Origin: a virus
IMG/VR virus record: IMGVR_UViG_3300045988_175036
Coordinates: 32,001-96,000 of that record
Length of the DNA stretch: 64,000 nucleotides
Reading direction: 5' to 3' (one strand)
The notes under the pieces are model-generated. The model was not told the origin of the DNA. It did not search any database and worked only from the letters and a program-made list of their open reading frames with translations. The position numbers and the translations under genes were made by a program. Of the stretch, positions 42,685 to 51,573 are shown one piece after another. Every line of letters begins with the position of its first letter. Position 1 is the stretch's first letter.

Positions 42685-42878
42685 TTATCTTCCTCCAAAA
42701 TTTGATATCCTTCAAATCTATCGTGATACATTGGATAATAGAATTTATCATCAAAGAAGTAACCAACAATTTTAAGTGGTGGGATAGTATTTGGAAAGAC
42801 GACTAAATCCAAGGGATATTTTTCTTTTGCTTCCTCTAGCGTAGCAAACTTTCTCATTTTATTCTCCTTTCTATCCAT
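42681..42878 (-). CDS. hypothetical protein (first gene of leftward operon)
   Basis: RBS AAGGAG. ATGA overlap with the topoisomerase B subunit gene. Confidence 0.55.
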   Translation of the reverse strand: MDRKENKMRKFATLEEAKEKYPLDLVVFPNTIPPLKIVGYFFDDKFYYPMYHDRFEGYQILEEDK

Positions 42879-42886
42879 TTTCTTTT

Positions 42887-42915
42887 AGTATAACATAAAA
42901 AGAGGAAGAAATCAA
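42887..42915 (-). promoter_or_regulatory. leftward promoter (TTGATT-N17-TGtTATACT on minus strand)
   Basis: -10 at 42887-42892, -35 at 42910-42915. Confidence 0.6.
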
Positions 42916-42938
42916 ATTTCTTCTATATTCATTATAAA

Positions 42939-42959
42939 TGCGCGCGTCGCGCCTGCGCG
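42939..42959. promoter_or_regulatory. GC-rich CG-repeat cluster between divergent promoters (possible operator)
   Basis: GCGCGCGTCGCGCCTGCGCG is embedded in very AT-rich DNA between the leftward and rightward promoters. Confidence 0.3.
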
Positions 42960-43002
42960 TAATCTAAATTCATTCAAAAATCAAATTTCTATTTGAAAAA
43001 AT

Positions 43003-43031
43003 TTGAAAAAAGCCTGAAAAAGGACTATAAT
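43003..43031 (+). promoter_or_regulatory. rightward promoter (TTGAAA-N17-TATAAT)
   Basis: -35 at 43003-43008, -10 at 43026-43031. Confidence 0.6.
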
Positions 43032-43061
43032 ATAGATAGAAACTAGAAAGAAGGTGAAAAT

Positions 43062-43220
43062 GTGAAAAAAGATATGATAATTCGTTTTATGCTTGATGCA
43101 GAGTTAGACGCACGAATTCGCGAATATTGTGAAGAAAACGACATGAAGATTAGTTATTTTTTGAGAGTAGCCGCGCGCGAGTATATGAAAAATCATCCGA
43201 CAGAAGAGGAGTGGACATGA
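43062..43220 (+). CDS. ribbon-helix-helix (CopG/Arc-like) regulator, 52 aa (not in ORF track)
   Basis: GTG start after AGAAAGAAGGTG. MIIRFMLDAELDARIREYCEENDMKISYFLRVAAREYM fits a beta-strand plus two helices. Stop overlaps the next ATG. Confidence 0.5.
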   Translation: MKKDMIIRFMLDAELDARIREYCEENDMKISYFLRVAAREYMKNHPTEEEWT

Positions 43221-43537
43221 AAGACTATCTTTTGATTGATAAAAAAGAATATTTGAGAATGAATGAAGTTCGAGAGCGTTTTGGAGATGACTATGCTATG
43301 GACTTTGCCTTTGGACTTCTTGATAATGCTTTTGAAAAATCAGAAAAGCAAAAAAAAGAAAAAGAAAAAGTCTTTGAATGTTATAGCATCGGCCTTTCAA
43401 ACTTTCTAACTAAAAAGGGCTTCCAAATTATTGGAACTCGTCCTAACACAAAAAATCCAAATTGGGATGTTTGGCTTTTTGAACGGACGCCAGATATTGA
43501 ACGCGCGCAGTCTGAGTATTCTCACCGCAAGAACTAA
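43217..43537 (+). CDS. hypothetical early protein
   Basis: ATG 43217 overlaps the upstream stop (ATGA). Confidence 0.55.
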   Translation: MKDYLLIDKKEYLRMNEVRERFGDDYAMDFAFGLLDNAFEKSEKQKKEKEKVFECYSIGLSNFLTKKGFQIIGTRPNTKNPNWDVWLFERTPDIERAQSEYSHRKN

Positions 43538-43540
43538 GGG

Positions 43541-44227
43541 GTGAAGACTGTGAGTGTTCCAAATCAAAAAATTATTAGAATAGAAAAAGATAAATATCAA
43601 AGTAGATTTCTTCAAATCGGAGATGAACAATGGAAAAAAGCTTTTCAGTCTATGAGGCCAACTGTATTTGGTTTGTATTTATACTTGGCTTCAAATAAAG
43701 ATGGATATTTATTAGAGCTTAGCGCCGCGGCCGTCGAGCGAGAAATCGGCATAAAGAAAACTGCGTATCATACTGCTCTCAAAGATTTGGAAGAAAAAGG
43801 ATATTTGAAGAAAGAGCAAGGAAACACTTATGCTTTTTCACCTTCGCCAAAGTTCGCAAACACGAACTCCGCAAATACGAACTCCGCATTTGCGAACTTA
43901 GAAGTTCACAAATGCGAACTCCCGACTCCGCAAATGCGAACTTCCTACTCCGCAAATGCGAACTTAGAAGTTCGCGGGCGCGATATAGAAATAGATAATA
44001 TAAATAAAATAAATAAAATAGATATTACAGATATTGAAAAGGAAAAATTGGAAGGGTTATTTGGAAAGGACGGTGCGCTTCTCAAAGGAGAAGGCTGGAT
44101 TGATACTTATATCCCTAATTTTTACGACCTCGCGCGCGAAAAGCAAATCGAAGTGCTTTCTACTACTCCAATTTTTGATTTGGCAGTTTCTCAAGCAGAA
44201 TATGTAGTTGATAAAATTTTGAATTAG
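43541..44227 (+). CDS. putative replication initiator (wHTH N-domain, iterons inside the gene)
   Basis: VEREIGIKKTAYHTALKDLEEKGYLKKE looks like a wHTH. An internal iteron array plus AT-rich tract recalls lambda O. The start may be GTG 43550. Confidence 0.45.
   Translation: MKTVSVPNQKIIRIEKDKYQSRFLQIGDEQWKKAFQSMRPTVFGLYLYLASNKDGYLLELSAAAVEREIGIKKTAYHTALKDLEEKGYLKKEQGNTYAFSPSPKFANTNSANTNSAFANLEVHKCELPTPQMRTSYSANANLEVRGRDIEIDNINKINKIDITDIEKEKLEGLFGKDGALLKGEGWIDTYIPNFYDLAREKQIEVLSTTPIFDLAVSQAEYVVDKILN
43851..43975. repeat. iteron array (at least 6 copies of (A/G)CGAACT-ended 15-22 bp units)
   Basis: CCGCAAATGCGAACT is exact at 43928-43942 and 43950-43964, with variants at 43869, 43884 and 43906. 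TAGAAGTTC occurs twice. Units are spaced 15, 15, 22, 22, 22 bp. Confidence 0.8.
43981..44040. promoter_or_regulatory. AT-rich tract next to the iterons (candidate DNA unwinding element)
   Basis: GATATAGAAATAGATAATATAAATAAAATAAATAAAATAGATATTACAGATATTG. Confidence 0.4.
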
Positions 44228-44289
44228 AATTTTATCCTAAGTGGCATAACATCATGATATGCCACACTACGAACTCGAAAGGAGCTAAA

Positions 44290-44523
44290 ATGGAAGATAT
44301 TGAAAAGCGCGAACAGCTAATCAAAGGTTACGAAGGTCAGATTCGTTACCTTCAAAAGCGTATTCAAAAAAATGCAAACAATAAAGCAAAAAATCGACGA
44401 ACAAAGCGTGATCCCGACAAAGATACTGCGCATTGTCACTTACTTATCGAAAAATGGCAAGAGCGCATTGACAAATGTAAAAATGGAGAACCGCTTGATT
44501 TTCTAGGCAAATCTTTGCTCTAA
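44290..44523 (+). CDS. hypothetical protein
   Basis: ATG 44290 follows AAAGGAG. Basic, helical sequence. Confidence 0.5.
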   Translation: MEDIEKREQLIKGYEGQIRYLQKRIQKNANNKAKNRRTKRDPDKDTAHCHLLIEKWQERIDKCKNGEPLDFLGKSLL

Positions 44524-44535
44524 GGAGAAAAAAAT

Positions 44536-44895
44536 ATGACAAAATATGAAATTTACGATACAATCATTTCGCGCGCGATTATCAACCTAATTAGTCTCGC
44601 GCGTCGGCATAACAACGAAATAATCCTCAAAAATTTTCATCCTCATAATATTATTCATCTTTTTATGTTTGAAATGGCGGCCATTGCTTCTAATAATTAT
44701 GAACATGAGAAAATTACACTAAAACTAGAGATGCCATGGTATAGAAAAATTTTCGCGCCGAAACGTATTCGTTGCGTGCAGTCAGTTCGCGCAGTTGAAG
44801 ATGGCATCAATATTCAAGAATTTCTTGATTTTACAAAGAGCGAATTTGAAGATATCTCATATGAAGAAATTTGGAAGGAGTATTACGCCCAATGA
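44536..44895 (+). CDS. hypothetical protein
   Basis: RBS AAGGAG. Confidence 0.55.
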   Translation: MTKYEIYDTIISRAIINLISLARRHNNEIILKNFHPHNIIHLFMFEMAAIASNNYEHEKITLKLEMPWYRKIFAPKRIRCVQSVRAVEDGINIQEFLDFTKSEFEDISYEEIWKEYYAQ

Positions 44896-45356
44896 ATTAT
44901 TCAATTTACACGGATGGCGCGTGTTCTAATAATGGGAAAGAAAATGCAGCTGGAGGTTTTGCTTTTATTATTGTTGACAGCGAAGGCATACTCAGATATG
45001 AATTTGCCATGCCTGTAGAAAATGCTACTAATAATATTTGTGAACTTTCTGCTGTTTTTGGAGCTTGTAGCTTCTTCGATGCTTACACCCCCAAAGAGAA
45101 CACCGCTATCATTTATAGTGATAGCGCCTACATTATCAATTGTATTACTCAAAAATGGTATAAGAAATGGCAAACTAATGGTTGGCGCAACTCAAAGAAA
45201 GAACCAGTTGCAAATCGTGAACTTTGGGAACGTCTTATTCCCTATTTTGAAAATCCACGTTTTTCTTTTGAGAAGGTAAAGGGCCATTCTGGCAAAAAAG
45301 ATTGGAATGACTATGTAGATAGACTTGCTGTGGAGGCGAAGAAAACAAAACTATGA
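44892..45356 (+). CDS. rnhA: ribonuclease H (type 1)
   Basis: IYTDGAC, NNICELSA, IYSDSAY and KGHSG...NDYVDRLA motifs. ATGA overlap with the previous gene. Confidence 0.9.
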   Translation: MNYSIYTDGACSNNGKENAAGGFAFIIVDSEGILRYEFAMPVENATNNICELSAVFGACSFFDAYTPKENTAIIYSDSAYIINCITQKWYKKWQTNGWRNSKKEPVANRELWERLIPYFENPRFSFEKVKGHSGKKDWNDYVDRLAVEAKKTKL

Positions 45357-46318
45357 TTACTATAGGTATTCCTGTCTATAAGGCACGCGACACTCTTCCC
45401 TATTGCCTTGATGCTTTAGTAGCTCAAACGCGTAAAATGTTCCTAGTTACTTTGTGTCAAGACTGTGACGGAGAAGATTATAGCGATATTATTGAGACAT
45501 ATCGTGCGCGCGGGCTTCATATTCGTCTAATTTCTACTCTTGAAAATAGCGGACCAGGCGTCGCGCGTCAAACAATTATTGACAATGAAACCCAGAGTGA
45601 CTACATTATGTTCTGTGATAGTGACGACATACTTCAACCTCGTGCAGTTGAACAACTTTATCGTGAAGCAAAGCGAAATAACGCTGATGTAGTCTGTGGC
45701 TCATTTATACATGAAGAGAATTTTGGGCCAGGGCCTTCTCTCCCAGTAGATAGAATTCCTTGTACTTGGCTGCATGCCAAAATATATCGTCTTGATTATT
45801 TGAGAAAAAATAATATCCGTTTTCTCCCTGAGCTTCGACTCAATGAAGACAGTTATTTCAATTTAGTAGCTTGTAACTGTACTGATAAGATGTATAAATT
45901 AGACGAATATTTTTATATTTGGCGCTCAAACCCAAATTCGCTTACTCGTCAAGACAAAGGAACTTTTTTCCAACGCAGTAATGGTCAATACATCTATGGT
46001 CAGGTAAAGGGCTTGAAAAAAATTTATGAGATTAGAGGAGACATTCCTGCACCAGTTTTATGTCAGACTCTCATCAATATTTACAATGCTATGATGGAGC
46101 AAGTCTATCGTAAAGTTGATGACTATTCTTATTTAGATGAGCTTCTTTCTCTAAAACAGAATTCATTTATTCAAGATTTTCTAAAAGATGGAAACAACTG
46201 GCCCTATTTCGTCAATAACGTGAAAGCTGCGTGCATCTATGATAATGAAGTTGTATACTTCTACAAGTTGCGTTTCGTTGATTTTATCACTAACTATATA
46301 ATGGAGGATAAAAAATGA
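45353..46318 (+). CDS. family 2 glycosyltransferase
   Basis: IGIPVYKARDTLPYCLDALVAQT and FCDSDDIL (DxD). Confidence 0.8.
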   Translation: MITIGIPVYKARDTLPYCLDALVAQTRKMFLVTLCQDCDGEDYSDIIETYRARGLHIRLISTLENSGPGVARQTIIDNETQSDYIMFCDSDDILQPRAVEQLYREAKRNNADVVCGSFIHEENFGPGPSLPVDRIPCTWLHAKIYRLDYLRKNNIRFLPELRLNEDSYFNLVACNCTDKMYKLDEYFYIWRSNPNSLTRQDKGTFFQRSNGQYIYGQVKGLKKIYEIRGDIPAPVLCQTLINIYNAMMEQVYRKVDDYSYLDELLSLKQNSFIQDFLKDGNNWPYFVNNVKAACIYDNEVVYFYKLRFVDFITNYIMEDKK

Positions 46319-46914
46319 TTTATGTTGTAAATGGTGCTCCTCGCTCTGGTAAAGATACGTTTTGCTCAATGACCGCCAAATTTATGGGAGAAGGATATGT
46401 AAGAGTTTATTCTACTGTTGATTATGTAAAAATAATTGCGGCTACTGCATTCGGATGGAATGGAGAAAAGACGCCTCGCGCGCGTAAATTTCTCAGTGAC
46501 TTGAAGGACCTTTTGACCGAATGGAACGATATTCCCTTTAAAGACATTCAGAAAAAAGTATATGAAACAACAGAGGATTGGGATTATTACGGAATCGATA
46601 GTAAAAGATGCGCAATTTTTATTATGTGTCGTGAACCAGAGGAAATAAAAAAAATTGTTGAACGACTGGATGCGCGAACGATTCTTGTAAGGCGGAACAG
46701 TGCTGAATGCGAAGAAGTTTCAAACCATGCTGATGCAGAGATTCTTGATTATAAATACGATATTGAAATTGAGAATAATGGTTCTTTGAAAGATTTGGCT
46801 TTTGAGGCTTTGAAGTTTGTTGAGGATGAAGACTTAATGTTCAGGCATTGGGTTACTTTTCATGTAAAAGATAGTGGTGAAGTTATTGAAGTAGAAAAGG
46901 AGCTAAACTTTTGA
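46315..46914 (+). CDS. deoxynucleoside monophosphate kinase-like P-loop protein
   Basis: VVNGAPRSGKDTF P-loop, typical of phage dNMP kinases. Confidence 0.55.
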   Translation: MIYVVNGAPRSGKDTFCSMTAKFMGEGYVRVYSTVDYVKIIAATAFGWNGEKTPRARKFLSDLKDLLTEWNDIPFKDIQKKVYETTEDWDYYGIDSKRCAIFIMCREPEEIKKIVERLDARTILVRRNSAECEEVSNHADAEILDYKYDIEIENNGSLKDLAFEALKFVEDEDLMFRHWVTFHVKDSGEVIEVEKELNF

Positions 46915-47189
46915 CTAATCGAGAATTTTTGAAAAATTTTTCTGAGAAGGATTTTGTGAGATGGCTCGCCGGTTTTGAACTAGTTGAGAACGCGCCATGG
47001 TTTCAGTGGTTGGATAAGGAATATTGTCAGAAATGCCCTCCAATTATAGGACGCTTGGAGGGTCACGACTACGACCAGTCGTTTGCACCATGCGAGTTTG
47101 AAGTGGATGAGTGTCCCTATGGAGTGGCAGATTTGACAAATGAAGAGTTGATTGAAATGTGGCTAGATGCTAAAAGGGAAGAAATTTGA
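46911..47189 (+). CDS. hypothetical protein (TTG start)
   Basis: ORF coupled to the upstream stop. Cys-rich (CQKCP...C..E.DECP). Confidence 0.45.
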   Translation: MTNREFLKNFSEKDFVRWLAGFELVENAPWFQWLDKEYCQKCPPIIGRLEGHDYDQSFAPCEFEVDECPYGVADLTNEELIEMWLDAKREEI

Positions 47190-47206
47190 ATTCTTCCCTT
47201 CTTTTT
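47176..47206 (+). terminator. rho-independent terminator
   Basis: GGGAAGAA / TTCTTCCC 8 bp stem, then TTCTTTTT. The loop carries the -35 of the next promoter. Confidence 0.7.
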
Positions 47207-47214
47207 GATATAAT
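47186..47214 (+). promoter_or_regulatory. promoter (TTGAAT-N17-TGaTATAAT)
   Basis: -35 at 47186-47191, -10 at 47209-47214. Confidence 0.6.
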
Positions 47215-47238
47215 AAAAGAAAAAGGAAGTGATAGAAT

Positions 47239-48294
47239 TTGGAGCTAAGCAAAACTCAAGAAGAAATTTTGGCGTCATCTGCTTCTGTTGTATTTGTTCA
47301 ATCTTGTGCGAGTAGCGGGAAAACGAGATTATTGACTGAGAAAATTCGCCAATCTATCTCGCGTGCGAAAAAGCTGGTAGCTTTTACTTTTACAAACATG
47401 GCGGCAGCAGAAATTCGTAGTAGATTGAATGTTGAAAATAGTGATGTAATTTGGATCGGCACTATCCATTCTTACTGCGCGAGATGCTTGTTGCGCGCGG
47501 GAATTACAGAAGCAGGAAAGTATTTGAATAATGAAAATTTTGATGGTCTTTTTGACCTTGCGCGAAGCCATCCAAGGGCTTTTCCTTCTTTAGACATTTG
47601 CCTACTGGATGAAGCGCAGGATAGTAATGAAGATCAATTCAATTTTATTTTTTCAATTATCAAAAGTGCGGAATACTTTGTAGTTTATGATGAGCGGCAG
47701 TCTATTTATCGATGGAATGGAAGTAGACCAGATCTTTTGAAATATTGGGCTTACGAACTAAACGCTTCTATTTATTCAATGGATGAAAATTATCGTAATG
47801 GTAGCGATATTCTTGATTTTGCGCGGGATATTATTAGAAAAAATAAAATGAGTGATTTATCTATTCCGATGCGTGGAGTGCGTGGGAGGGTCATTGAAGT
47901 TCCTTTTTCTATCAAGTATCTTGTTGATGAAATCAAGTCCACTTCTAATTATGGCGATTGGATGGTGCTCGCGCGCACGAATGCGGAAGTAGATAATATT
48001 TTTGATAAGTTGACTGATGCTGGAATTCCATGCGATACATTCAAGCAAGGTGACCTGTCAAAAGATGAGCTAAGCGAAAAAATGAAAGCAGATACTGTGA
48101 AGGTTCTTACCATTCACTCAAGCAAAGGACTTGAGACACGCTATGTAGCTGTATATGATAGCCGGATGTGGAACGAAGAAGAAGTCTGTATTTCTTATGT
48201 TGCGGCGACTCGCGCGCGTGATCGCCTAATTTGGTTTACTAAACCAGTTGTAAAAAAGAAACCTCGAAGAAACTCAATGACGAGTTGGGAGTAA
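47239..48294 (+). CDS. UvrD/Rep-like superfamily 1 DNA helicase (compact)
   Basis: CASSGKTRLL (Walker A), LLDEAQD, TIHSSKGLE and YVAATRARDRL. Confidence 0.85.
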   Translation: MELSKTQEEILASSASVVFVQSCASSGKTRLLTEKIRQSISRAKKLVAFTFTNMAAAEIRSRLNVENSDVIWIGTIHSYCARCLLRAGITEAGKYLNNENFDGLFDLARSHPRAFPSLDICLLDEAQDSNEDQFNFIFSIIKSAEYFVVYDERQSIYRWNGSRPDLLKYWAYELNASIYSMDENYRNGSDILDFARDIIRKNKMSDLSIPMRGVRGRVIEVPFSIKYLVDEIKSTSNYGDWMVLARTNAEVDNIFDKLTDAGIPCDTFKQGDLSKDELSEKMKADTVKVLTIHSSKGLETRYVAVYDSRMWNEEEVCISYVAATRARDRLIWFTKPVVKKKPRRNSMTSWE

Positions 48295-48296
48295 AT

Positions 48297-49223
48297 ATGG
48301 AAAAAATATCAGCATTACTTTTTATGGTTTCTGCTGTTGTTTTTCTAATTCTTTTCATTGGACAAAAAAAGAAAATAAAGCAAAAAAATTATGAAATTGA
48401 GCAACTAAAAGAAAAGAATAAAAAAGATGCTGAAAATTTTTGGAAAGACTTGGATGTGGCAGAACAAAAAGTTTATGAAGATAATCACAAAAAGAGAAAT
48501 GAGCGACTTCAGCAATTGAATGAAATTATTGCTAAGCAAGAAACTTTTCAAGTGAATAGAAAATCTTCAATTGAAGAAGAAATCCAAGAACTCCGTTTAC
48601 AAAAGCTTCAGCAGCTTCAAAATCAGCTTATCATAGATAAAGCGCAAATTGACCAAGATAAAAGAGATTATGAATTAGAACTTGAAAAGGTGAAGTGCGA
48701 ACTTTCTCAATTTCAAGCAAAGCGCCAAGCAGTGAATGAAGCGATTCGGCGCGAGCGTGAAGTTGAGGAAAAAGAGGATTTCTATCGCATTTGTCTTTTG
48801 CCAGAAGAAATTGAAGATATAGAAGTCTTGAAAAGTTTGGCACCAAGGCTTCGGCATCGTGAAATAGTTCCAAAACTAATGTGGGATACAATGGTTTCGC
48901 GTGCGACGAAGGAAATGATAAAGCGAGTAACAGGTGGCCGCGCAGTTGGTGGTATTTACAAAATTACCTATATTCCAACTGGTGAATCTTATATTGGGAA
49001 AACGACTGATTTTGGAACACGTTGGCAATCACACGTCCAAACCGCGCTTGGTATGGAGAAAGTTGCTCGTTCAACTCTTCATGTACATATGGCTTCTCAT
49101 GGAATTCAAAACTATACTTTTGAAATTTTGGAAGAGGTTGCGCGCGAAAAGCAAACAGAAAGAGAAAAATTTTATATTGAGCTTTATGGGACGCAAAAAC
49201 AGTTGAATATGAGGATTGGTTGA
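48297..49223 (+). CDS. GIY-YIG nuclease domain protein with N-terminal TM helix and long coiled coil
   Basis: ISALLFMVSAVVFLILFIG (TM helix), a ~170 aa E/K/Q-rich coiled coil, and a C-terminal GGIYKITYIPTGESYIGKT...REKFYIELYG. Confidence 0.65.
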   Translation: MEKISALLFMVSAVVFLILFIGQKKKIKQKNYEIEQLKEKNKKDAENFWKDLDVAEQKVYEDNHKKRNERLQQLNEIIAKQETFQVNRKSSIEEEIQELRLQKLQQLQNQLIIDKAQIDQDKRDYELELEKVKCELSQFQAKRQAVNEAIRREREVEEKEDFYRICLLPEEIEDIEVLKSLAPRLRHREIVPKLMWDTMVSRATKEMIKRVTGGRAVGGIYKITYIPTGESYIGKTTDFGTRWQSHVQTALGMEKVARSTLHVHMASHGIQNYTFEILEEVAREKQTEREKFYIELYGTQKQLNMRIG

Positions 49224-49534
49224 TGGATTTCAAAGTATTAGTAATTACAGATAAACCTGATTATTGGTTTGATTATTTTCGAGAAGGGCTGCATGACTTT
49301 TGTATTATTTCAGGCTCTAGCAGGAATATAAAAGCAAAGAATGGTTTCTTTTCAGCTAAAATTTGTAGAAATTATAATGATGGAATGAGAGGGTATGACC
49401 CAGATAAAATTATTTTTGATAAAGATGTTTCAGTTGAAGATTTTTGCTCAATTAGCGCTTTACTTGCTCATAGGAAAAGAATAGCGTTTACAAAAAATTC
49501 CACTAGACAGTCAGTGTATGTTGAGGAGTTTTGA
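49220..49534 (+). CDS. hypothetical protein
   Basis: ATGA overlap with the upstream gene. Confidence 0.5.
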   Translation: MMDFKVLVITDKPDYWFDYFREGLHDFCIISGSSRNIKAKNGFFSAKICRNYNDGMRGYDPDKIIFDKDVSVEDFCSISALLAHRKRIAFTKNSTRQSVYVEEF

Positions 49535-49535
49535 T

Positions 49536-49778
49536 ATGAGTAATGAATATAAAGATTATTATGAAGGAATAAAAAGCGTAAATGATGATATTTATGGTCA
49601 ACTAATAGAAGGCGATGTTTGTCTTAATATGGAAGATTTAGCATACTTTTTACCTGAACTTAATACCTATGGAATTCATCAACTCCGAATTGACCAGATT
49701 GATAAAGAATATTTTGTAATTGATGTTGACGATAAAACAAGGTGGGAGTGGAACAATAATGAAGAAAATTCTATGTGA
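49536..49778 (+). CDS. hypothetical protein
   Basis: ATG follows GAGGAG. Confidence 0.5.
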   Translation: MSNEYKDYYEGIKSVNDDIYGQLIEGDVCLNMEDLAYFLPELNTYGIHQLRIDQIDKEYFVIDVDDKTRWEWNNNEENSM

Positions 49779-49989
49779 TTTGTGTAAAAGAGACATCAAA
49801 GAAGAGAAAGATATATGGTATATCCAAATTCCTTTTTATCAAAAAGATGGCGTTTATGTAAATGGTAAGCTTATTGGTGAATTTGGTTCTTACTTAGGCT
49901 ATAAGATAATTGAGCTTTGTCCAACTTGTGCGGATTCCTTCGCACGATGTATCGAAGAGCAAATGAAGGAATTAGGAATGGAAATTTGA
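49759..49989 (+). CDS. hypothetical zinc-ribbon protein
   Basis: ATG 49759 follows GGTGGGAG. CDLC...CPTC. Confidence 0.5.
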   Translation: MKKILCDLCKRDIKEEKDIWYIQIPFYQKDGVYVNGKLIGEFGSYLGYKIIELCPTCADSFARCIEEQMKELGMEI

Positions 49990-50013
49990 TTTCTATCTTT
50001 TTTCTGATATAAT
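49986..50013 (+). promoter_or_regulatory. promoter (TTGATT-N16-TGaTATAAT)
   Basis: -35 at 49986-49991, -10 at 50008-50013. Confidence 0.55.
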
Positions 50014-50039
50014 AAAAGAAAAAGAAAGGAAGATTTGGA

Positions 50040-51131
50040 ATGAGTTTTATAATTGATGGCGTTGATTTTGAAAATCTTGAAGCTGAGAAGTATTGGAGTT
50101 TTACTTCTTCCTATACGCCTGAAAGAAAGAAACGAGAAGCAATCAACATGGTTTATTCTGGAGATTATCTTGGGGCGCGGAAGATGGACGGAGCGTATTA
50201 TCGAGCTATAATCTCTGAGGATGGCGAACTTCGTCTACAAGGCCGATCTAAGTCCGTAAAGGGAGGATACCTAAACAAAATTGATTGGGTTCCTCATTTG
50301 AAGTCTTTCTTTGAGGCTCTTCCGCGAGGAACCTGTTTACTTGGCGAAGTCTACTTCCCAAAGAATGAAGGTTCTTATAACACAACTACAATTATGGGCT
50401 GTCTTGCGCCTAAAGCAGTCGCGCGCCAAGAAACAGGAGAAAAACTTCACTATTATGTTTTTGATATTTGGGCTTATGACGGAGAAAGCTATTTGAATAA
50501 GACAGCAGAAGAGCGTTTTACAATGATTCAGAATCTTCCCAAGTCAGATTATGTTGAGTTTGCTCAATACTATGAAGGCGCTGAGTTGTGGCAGAAATAT
50601 CAAGAAATTTTGGCTGAAGGTGGAGAAGGTGTTGTTATTACTCGACGTGATTCTAAACCACAACCCGGTAAACGCAGCGTGCGGAAGACTCTTAAACTGA
50701 AGAAAGAACTTCAAGAAACACTTGATGTCTTTATCTATGGTGGAAATCCTCCGACCCGTCTTTATTCTGGAAAAGAAATCGAAAACTGGCAGTATTGGCA
50801 AAATACTGTTACGCATGAACTTATGTGCGGCGACCATTATAAGGAATATTTTGAGGGTGATACAATTGAACCTGTCACAAAAATGTATTATATGCGTGGT
50901 GCTGGTAGTCTAAAGATTGGCGCGTATAAGGATGGAAAACCGGTTCAGATTGGTAGTTTGAGTGGTTTAGATGATGAGATTTTGTTGAATTGGAAGGACT
51001 ATATTGGGAAGGTCGCAGAGGTTACTTGTATGGAGGTTCTGCCTACAGGAGGATTGCGCCATAGTCGTTTCTTAGGTTGGCGCGTCGATAAGGTTCCTCG
51101 CGATTGCCAGTGGGAGACAATTTTTGGTTGA
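50040..51131 (+). CDS. ATP-dependent DNA ligase
   Basis: Adenylation motif ARKMDGAYYR (KxDG), plus LLGEVYF, EGVVITR and LKLKK. Confidence 0.85.
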   Translation: MSFIIDGVDFENLEAEKYWSFTSSYTPERKKREAINMVYSGDYLGARKMDGAYYRAIISEDGELRLQGRSKSVKGGYLNKIDWVPHLKSFFEALPRGTCLLGEVYFPKNEGSYNTTTIMGCLAPKAVARQETGEKLHYYVFDIWAYDGESYLNKTAEERFTMIQNLPKSDYVEFAQYYEGAELWQKYQEILAEGGEGVVITRRDSKPQPGKRSVRKTLKLKKELQETLDVFIYGGNPPTRLYSGKEIENWQYWQNTVTHELMCGDHYKEYFEGDTIEPVTKMYYMRGAGSLKIGAYKDGKPVQIGSLSGLDDEILLNWKDYIGKVAEVTCMEVLPTGGLRHSRFLGWRVDKVPRDCQWETIFG

Positions 51132-51529
51132 GTAAATTTGAAGAAAAAATCGCGCGTATCCTTACAGATGCGCGCGTCCCTTTTATAAGGGAAAAGACTT
51201 TCAAAGACCTCAAGCATGGCTATCTTCGTTTTGATTTCTATCTCCCTCAAAAAGAGGTTTGCTATGAACTAGATGGGTTCCAGCACTTTGAGTATACAAA
51301 ATTTTTCCACAAAAAGCGAAGTGATTTTACAAAGGCACAAGAGCGCGACCGTATAAAAAATTCTTACTGTCTCGCGCATAAGATATCTCTTTATCGGATT
51401 CCTTATTGGGAAATAGATAATGTTCATTGCGTAGACGACTTATTTCAAGAGAAGTTTCTTGTCCATTCAAAATATCATAATGACGACATCTATCGAGAGT
51501 ATCGCAAAAGAATGAAGGAATCTAAATAA
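51104..51529 (+). CDS. Vsr/DUF559-like PD-(D/E)XK endonuclease (start uncertain)
   Basis: YLRFDFYLPQKEVCYELDGFQH block. Overlaps the ligase 3' end. Alternative starts are GTG 51110 and TTG 51128. Confidence 0.5.
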   Translation: MPVGDNFWLSKFEEKIARILTDARVPFIREKTFKDLKHGYLRFDFYLPQKEVCYELDGFQHFEYTKFFHKKRSDFTKAQERDRIKNSYCLAHKISLYRIPYWEIDNVHCVDDLFQEKFLVHSKYHNDDIYREYRKRMKESK

Positions 51530-51573
51530 TTTTCGACTTCTCTTTGGGAAGAAATAAGCGGGAGGAGTTCCAA

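Noticed and set aside
43851-43975. The repeat array as a CRISPR array or a diversity-generating retroelement
   Set aside because: The units are contiguous 15-22 bp iterons without spacers. No cas genes or reverse transcriptase are in the window. The array lies inside an initiator-like gene next to an AT-rich tract.
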